NCBI GenBank assembly: GCA_004195045.1 | Contig: SGBC01000004.1 | Location: 28,631-92,630, forward strand | Source of the DNA: Candidatus Acididesulfobacter guangdongensis | Lineage (GTDB): Bacteria > SZUA-79 > Acidulodesulfobacterales > Acidulodesulfobacteraceae | Reading direction: 5' to 3' | Length of the DNA stretch: 64,000 nucleotides | Part shown: positions 58,584-64,000 of the stretch, one piece after another | Numbering within the stretch: position 1 is the stretch's first letter | How the letters are laid out: the number at the start of each line of letters is the position of its first letter | Position numbers and translations under genes: made by a program | Notes under the pieces: model-generated | What the model saw: the letters and a program-made list of their open reading frames with translations, nothing else | Told to the model about the DNA's origin: nothing | Databases searched by the model: none

Positions 58584-60026
58584 ATGGATAGCTTAAACAA
58601 ATATTTAAGAAAATTTCCGAAAATTCAATTAATTTTGCAGGATGAAGGTGTCAAAAAATTAATAGACAAATATTCTTATAATGCCGTAAAAGATAAATTA
58701 GAAGAAATATTGTCAGAAGAAAAAGAGAAAATAAAAATAAAAATAAATTTTAAAGATGATGCAGTACTTGAAGACAATATTTTTAAAATAGAGCGCTTCG
58801 CATTTTTGCTGAATGATTATTTTAATAACTTTTCATTCAGTCTTAAAAGGGTTATTAACGGAACGGGCGTAGTTGTTCATACCAATCTTGGCAGGTCTAT
58901 CTTGCCGAAAGCGGCAGTTGAAAATGTGTTTAAAATATCTTCTTCATATTCAAATCTTGAATTCAATCTTGAAGAAGGAATGAGGGGTAAAAGATATTCC
59001 CATGTGGAAACATTGCTTAACAGAATTTTAAACTGTGAAGCGGCTATTGTAGTTAATAATAATGCTGCTGCCGTGTTTATGGCGTTAAATACTTTTGCCG
59101 CAGGAATCAAAAAAGAAGTTATAGTTTCGAGAGGCGAGCTTGTTGAAATAGGCGGTTCGTTTAGAATTCCGGATATAATGAAAGCGTCAGGAGCGCAGCT
59201 TATCGAAGTCGGAACTACAAATAAAACTAAAATTAATGATTACGAATCAGAAATAAACGAAAATACGGCGCTGCTGCTTAAAGTTCATCACAGCAATTTT
59301 AAAATGACGGGATTTGTTCACGAGGTAAATTCTAAAGAGCTTGTAGAAACAGGAGAAAAATACAATATTCCTGTTATGGAAGATCTCGGTTCAGGAAGTT
59401 TTATCAAATTTGAAAAATTCGGTCTTCCAAAAGAGCCTACCGCTCAGGAAGTTATTAACGCAGGGATTGATATAGTAACATTCAGCGGAGACAAACTTCT
59501 TGGCGGACCGCAGGCAGGTATTATTGCAGGCAAAAAAGAGTATGTTGATTTAATTGCAAAAAACCCGTTAAACAGGGCTTTCAGGATTGACAAAATGACT
59601 CTGGCGGCGCTTGAAGCAGTCTTGTTTGAATATTTAGATATAAATAACGCTATCAAGAACATTCCGACCCTCCGCCTGCTTTCACAAAATATTTTAGAAA
59701 TAAAAAAAAGAGGGTTAAAACTTTTAAATAAGGTTAAAAAGCTTGAAAGCACCTATAAAATCATGTATACTTTTAACATTATAGAAGATTTCAGTATTGT
59801 AGGAGGCGGAGCAATGCCTGATTACGAAATGAAAACATATTGCCTGTCCGTTACTCATAAATTTTTTGCGGCGGAAAAATTAAGCGAAATATTCAGAGGT
59901 TTACAAATACCTGTTGTCGGTAAAATCAAAGACGGTAAATTCCTGATCGATTTAAGGACTGTTTTAGATGACGATATAAACGATATAATCGGAAATTTCA
60001 TAAAAGTTTCTCAGATGTCAAATTAA
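58584..60026 (+). CDS. selA: L-seryl-tRNA(Sec) selenium transferase
   Basis: VINGTGVVVHTNLGRS and the PLP-lysine motif FSGDKLLGGPQAGII. Confidence 0.9.
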   Translation: MDSLNKYLRKFPKIQLILQDEGVKKLIDKYSYNAVKDKLEEILSEEKEKIKIKINFKDDAVLEDNIFKIERFAFLLNDYFNNFSFSLKRVINGTGVVVHTNLGRSILPKAAVENVFKISSSYSNLEFNLEEGMRGKRYSHVETLLNRILNCEAAIVVNNNAAAVFMALNTFAAGIKKEVIVSRGELVEIGGSFRIPDIMKASGAQLIEVGTTNKTKINDYESEINENTALLLKVHHSNFKMTGFVHEVNSKELVETGEKYNIPVMEDLGSGSFIKFEKFGLPKEPTAQEVINAGIDIVTFSGDKLLGGPQAGIIAGKKEYVDLIAKNPLNRAFRIDKMTLAALEAVLFEYLDINNAIKNIPTLRLLSQNILEIKKRGLKLLNKVKKLESTYKIMYTFNIIEDFSIVGGGAMPDYEMKTYCLSVTHKFFAAEKLSEIFRGLQIPVVGKIKDGKFLIDLRTVLDDDINDIIGNFIKVSQMSN

Positions 60027-60157
60027 TTAAATAGAAAAATAAAAAGACATATTTGAACGACGCTTACTTATATATTAATATTATATATATAAAATAATTT
60101 AATATTGTGGTATTATAATAATATCATCGCTTTTAATTTATAATATAATATGCGGGT

Positions 60158-60760
60158 TTGCTTATGCTATCTTCCAGTGTATTAGTTCTAAATAAATCCT
60201 TTTTGCCGGTTCACGTAACTTCTCTTAAGAGGGCTTTTATACTTTTATATCAAGGAGCTGCTAAGGCTGTTGATGAAAATTACCGCACATTCACTTTTGA
60301 TTCATGGAAAGATATTTCTGTTACAGACGGCGCTCAATCAGTAGGTCTCGTGGATAGGTTCATTAGAGTGCCGAGGGTAATTCTTCTTACAGGGTATGAT
60401 AAAGTACCTAAAAGATATATTAAATTTTCGAGAGCAAATATATTTTTCAGGGATAAAAATAAATGCCAGTACTGCGGAAAAGAATTTAAAAAAAACGATT
60501 TAAATTTAGACCATGTAATTCCCAGAACGTACGGCGGAATATCTTCATGGGAAAATGTCGTATGCAGCTGCATTAAATGCAATAGAATTAAGGGCGGCAG
60601 AACGCCGGAAGAAGCGGGAATGAATTTAATACGGAAGCCTAGAAAACCGGAATGGTCTCCTTATTATCATATATCTTTGACAAATATATTATATAAAGAA
60701 TGGATGCCGTTTCTTAATATTGTTGATAGCGCCTACTGGCACGTAGAACTTGAAGAGTAA
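60158..60760 (+). CDS. HNH endonuclease-family protein
   Basis: CQYCGK...LDHVIPRTYGG...WENVVCSCIKCNRIKG (HNH with two CxxC pairs). Alternative ATG start at 60164. Confidence 0.8.
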   Translation: MLMLSSSVLVLNKSFLPVHVTSLKRAFILLYQGAAKAVDENYRTFTFDSWKDISVTDGAQSVGLVDRFIRVPRVILLTGYDKVPKRYIKFSRANIFFRDKNKCQYCGKEFKKNDLNLDHVIPRTYGGISSWENVVCSCIKCNRIKGGRTPEEAGMNLIRKPRKPEWSPYYHISLTNILYKEWMPFLNIVDSAYWHVELEE

Positions 60761-60783
60761 ATTATAAAAATATATAAAAACAT

Positions 60784-61563
60784 ATGGATTTTATATTGCG
60801 TTATTTTGAAAGAATAGGACTGTTTGTTTTATATATAATAAATGAATTAGGTTCTCTAATTATATATTTGTGGAACTGCACTCTGTCTATTCTCCGGTAT
60901 TCCGTGAATCTCGACAACCTTTTTGACCAGATGTCTTTTATAGGAATAGGTTCATTTTATATTGTCGGATTGACGGGTCTTTTTACGGGCATGGTTTTAG
61001 CTCTTCAGTCATATTACGCAGCTAGGATTGTGGGCGTAACTTACATGATTGGTCCCACTATTGCCCTTGCAATGACCAGAGAGTTAGGACCTGTCTTAAC
61101 CGCATTAATGATTACGGCCAGATGCGGGTCATCCATGGCTTCGGAAATAGGCACTATGAAAATTTCGGAACAGGTAGATGCCCTTGAGGTAATGGCGGTA
61201 GACCCTTTTTATTTTCTTTCAGTTCCGAGGATCATCGCTTCTATGATAATGCTTCCTATAATGTCTATCGTAACCTCGCTTATAGGAATATTTGGAGGAT
61301 ACGTAGTTTATAAATTTTTTCTTGGATTAAACGGCACGGTATTTGTCGATATGATATACAAATATATTAATCTCAGCGATATTTATAACGGTTTAATAAA
61401 GGCAGTTTTTTTTGGAATTATACTTGCTACTATAAGTACTTTCAAAGGTTTTGAAGCATCCGGGGGTTCTAAAGGCGTAGGGAGAGTGACGACGCAGGCG
61501 GTTGTACTGAGTTCAATTTATATTCTTTTTGCTGATTACATACTGACTTCAATATTATTTTAA
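60784..61563 (+). CDS. mlaE: MlaE-family ABC permease (lipid asymmetry/MCE system)
   Basis: LAMTRELGPVLTALMITARCGSSMASEIGTMKISEQVDALEVMAVDP, the MlaE signature region. Confidence 0.85.
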   Translation: MDFILRYFERIGLFVLYIINELGSLIIYLWNCTLSILRYSVNLDNLFDQMSFIGIGSFYIVGLTGLFTGMVLALQSYYAARIVGVTYMIGPTIALAMTRELGPVLTALMITARCGSSMASEIGTMKISEQVDALEVMAVDPFYFLSVPRIIASMIMLPIMSIVTSLIGIFGGYVVYKFFLGLNGTVFVDMIYKYINLSDIYNGLIKAVFFGIILATISTFKGFEASGGSKGVGRVTTQAVVLSSIYILFADYILTSILF

Positions 61564-61653
61564 TATTGTTTTTAGATTATAGACCTCAATTATATATGAT
61601 ATTTATTATACGATATATATTATAAAATTATTTATATGATTTATATAATTCAT

Positions 61654-61740
61654 TAAATTAAATTAAATTAAATTAACTTAAATTAAGTAAAATAAAATAA
61701 AGTTAAGTTAAAACTAAACTAAACTAAATTAAATTAATAA
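61654..61740. repeat. AT-rich pentamer low-complexity tract (AAATT / AAACT units) between mlaE and mlaF
   Basis: The sequence AAATTAAATTAAATTAAATTAACTTAAATTAAG...AAACTAAACTAAACTAAATTAAATTAA is visible in the window. Confidence 0.8.
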
Positions 61741-61783
61741 ATGAATTAATGTCGGAATTCTATTGTATTTTGGATTTATGTAA

Positions 61784-62527
61784 ATGATAATTCTTGAGAA
61801 TATAAATAAATCTTTTAAAAACGTTAAGGTTCTGAATAATCTCAATATAAGTTTTGAAGATAAGAAAATTACCGTTGTAATAGGCAGAAGCGGGGAAGGC
61901 AAAAGTGTTATGCTGAAGCATATAGTAGGGCTCTTAAGACCTGATTCAGGCAGAGTTCTATTCAACGATATTGATCTAAATACCATAAATAAGAAAGAGC
62001 TGAATGAATTAAGAAAAAAATTTGGAATGGTATTTCAGGACGGAGCATTGTTTGATTCAATTAATATTTTTGAAAATGTAGCATTTCCTTTAAGGCAGCA
62101 TCTGAAATTATCCGAAGGAGATATTATAAAAAAAGTGATGTCCGGTTTAAATGATGTCGGTTTAAGCGGGATTGAATCAAAAATGCCGGCAGAATTGTCC
62201 GGCGGTATGAGAAAAAGGGTGGCAGTCGCAAGAGCCATGATATTAGAGCCCGAAACAGTTCTTTTTGACGAACCTACTACCGGACTTGACCCTATAATGT
62301 CGGATGTAATAAATAATCTCATAATTTCAACGCAGAAACACTTTAAATATACAGGCATTATTATAAGTCATGATATCGAAGGAGCTTATAAAACAGCTGA
62401 TACTATTGCAATGTTATATGAAGGTGCTATAATTGAAAAAGGTGATGCCGAAAAATTTAAGACATCGGATAATCCGGTTGTAAGACAATTTGTAACAGGA
62501 AGCATGAATGGTCCGATAGTTATATGA
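61784..62527 (+). CDS. mlaF: MlaF-family ABC ATP-binding protein
   Basis: Walker A GRSGEGKS, signature LSGGMRKRVAVARA, Walker B VLFDEPTTGLDP, and ISHD. Confidence 0.85.
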   Translation: MIILENINKSFKNVKVLNNLNISFEDKKITVVIGRSGEGKSVMLKHIVGLLRPDSGRVLFNDIDLNTINKKELNELRKKFGMVFQDGALFDSINIFENVAFPLRQHLKLSEGDIIKKVMSGLNDVGLSGIESKMPAELSGGMRKRVAVARAMILEPETVLFDEPTTGLDPIMSDVINNLIISTQKHFKYTGIIISHDIEGAYKTADTIAMLYEGAIIEKGDAEKFKTSDNPVVRQFVTGSMNGPIVI

Positions 62528-62706
62528 TTTGCATCGTTATATGTTCTTATATGCAGCATATTATTTTAAGCAAAAATTGAGTATGTTTGTATTAAGTTTC
62601 AGTATATACGATGTAATTTTGTTTAGTTTATAGCAAAATGTGTCAAAAATAACCGATATCGAATAAATTGAATCTTTTTTTTATTATTTTTTACTAATGA
62701 TATATC

Positions 62707-64000
62707 ATGAAACTAAATAAAGAAACTAAAGTTGGTCTTTTTACCGTCGCAATTCTGATAATACTTGTTTTCTTTTCTATGAAAGTCGGTAAGATTAACC
62801 TTTTCAAACCCCCTACATATATTATTTCCGCGTATTTTGCGTCTGCAAACGGCATAAGCACCGGAACTAACGTTGAAATGGCAGGAATAAAAGTTGGAAC
62901 GGTCAAAAAGATTAAACTCGAAAACGGTCAGGCGCGTGTTTATATGGAAATAAATTCCAAATATAAAATTTATCCTGATTATACCGCTTCGATAAGGTCT
63001 ATGAGTTTATTGGGAGAGAGCTATATATCTATTGCTCCTGCTAATACTATACAGGCTTTATCGTCAAAACCGGTGCCTGAAAATGAAATAATTAAAAGCT
63101 ATAAATCGCCTGAAAATATGTCTTCCTTGATTTTAAAATTTGCAAAAACTGCTGATAATCTTGATGCCGTTACAAAATCGCTGAAAAAATCAATCGGCAC
63201 TAAAACGGGCGAACATAAAATAAAAGCAATATTGGCTAATATTGCAGAACTTTCAGATAATTTAAACAGATTAGTATATTTAAATCAGAAGAACTTTAAT
63301 GTGATAATGACTAATTTTGCCGGTTTTTCCCGCAATATTAATGGATTAACCGTCGAAAACGACAGGGCGTTGACAAAAACAATTCATAATTTTAAGGCAA
63401 TATCCGATAATTTAAGACAGGAGCTTCCTTCTATCACCGATAACATCAAAATTGTGTCGGCAAATTTAAGCGATATTTTAACTAAAAATAAGTCTAATAT
63501 CAATAGAAGCCTGCTGCATATCAGGAAAGACACAAAACAGCTTCAATTGTCTTTAAATCAAATATACGGTATATCGTCAAAGATAAATAAAGGCAGAGGA
63601 ACTTTAGGCAAACTTGTAAATAGAAGCTCCGTATATAATAATCTTAACGGTTCGCTTAAAGGCATTAATAATTTAGTAGGGGGTTTTAATAGTTTTAAGG
63701 TTGGAATGAATATAAATTCTCAATATTTAGACCGTTCAAACGGTTCGGTCACAGAAGTCAATGTGAGACTTCAGCCTTCTCCTGGTCATTATTATGTTCT
63801 CGGTGTAGATTCGACGCCTGTCAATTACGGCAATTCATACGGAGAAACCCAGACTACAACATATACTACCAATAATCCGCCGTCGGGTGAGTTTTATCCT
63901 TCAAGCGTCACAACAAACACCACTCAATATTCAAATTCTAATAGTCTTAAATTTAATGCAGAAATTGCGAAAAATTTTTATAACTGGACTTTTTTGGCGG
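62707..64000 (+). CDS. MCE/MlaD-family substrate-binding protein with long C-terminal extension (open to the right edge)
   Basis: Hand translation: MKLNKETKVGLFTVAILIILVFFSMKVGKINLFKPPTYIISAYFASANGISTGTNVEMAGIKVGTVKKIKLENGQARVYMEI... I checked the frame codon by codon from 63001 to 64000 and found no stop. More than 431 codons. Confidence 0.8.
   Translation, partial: MKLNKETKVGLFTVAILIILVFFSMKVGKINLFKPPTYIISAYFASANGISTGTNVEMAGIKVGTVKKIKLENGQARVYMEINSKYKIYPDYTASIRSMSLLGESYISIAPANTIQALSSKPVPENEIIKSYKSPENMSSLILKFAKTADNLDAVTKSLKKSIGTKTGEHKIKAILANIAELSDNLNRLVYLNQKNFNVIMTNFAGFSRNINGLTVENDRALTKTIHNFKAISDNLRQELPSITDNIKIVSANLSDILTKNKSNINRSLLHIRKDTKQLQLSLNQIYGISSKINKGRGTLGKLVNRSSVYNNLNGSLKGINNLVGGFNSFKVGMNINSQYLDRSNGSVTEVNVRLQPSPGHYYVLGVDSTPVNYGNSYGETQTTTYTTNNPPSGEFYPSSVTTNTTQYSNSNSLKFNAEIAKNFYNWTFLA

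Noticed and set aside
60158-60760. HNH endonuclease as part of a defence island or mobile element.
   Set aside because: It stands alone between selA and mlaE. It has no methyltransferase, integrase, repeats or compositional break, and so looks like the widespread stand-alone housekeeping-context HNH family.

Overview
This is a strongly AT-rich bacterial chromosomal window (judged by eye; GC was not computed) that is densely coding and mostly housekeeping. I recognised no rRNA, tRNA, CRISPR array, transposase or integrase.

Gene content, left to right:
- dxs-ispA-xseB on the minus strand, the classical order.
- A small membrane protein and a DUF4388-like protein, then aroE.
- A type IV pilus block, pilB-pilT-pilC-pilS-like-pilR-like. 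No pilin gene follows pilR.
- truA, then the rimP-nusA-infB-rbfA-DHH phosphoesterase-truB-rpsO-pnp-M16 peptidase run.
- A TetR/MFP/RND efflux operon, a DHA2-type MFS pump and xseA.
- A minus-strand block of a putative outer-membrane beta-barrel protein plus ModA/ModB/ModC-like oxyanion uptake genes.
- mltG-ruvX-bioB, cbpA-cbpM, and an RmlC-like cupin with bioF and a bioC-like gene.
- pal, then a compact radical-SAM cassette (described below).
- gatD, a VOC-family gene, queF, murI, a short-form metH and murT.
- An ArnE-like small transporter, recO, selA, an HNH nuclease and mlaE-mlaF-mlaD (MCE); mlaD runs off the right edge.

The best candidate for an undescribed system is the cassette at about 47.2-49.1 kb. 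It encodes a radical SAM/SPASM enzyme, a standalone PqqD-like peptide-recognition protein, and an unannotated 34-codon ORF. That ORF has a strong Shine-Dalgarno site and its own terminator, and it ends in ...NYGINDSCYS. No protease or exporter sits beside it. I read it as an orphan RiPP or peptide-derived-cofactor locus that I cannot assign to a named class.

Secondary points:
- murT and gatD, the peptidoglycan iso-glutamine amidation pair, are split and placed around murI. The same window carries diderm markers (Pal, Mla, RND).
- A 55-bp exact repeat occurs at two loci. One copy sits in a 105-nt nested-hairpin element; the other abuts the efflux-operon promoter/operator.
- There are several tandem and simple-sequence repeats.

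All functional calls come from motif recognition in the supplied translations. No database search was run.
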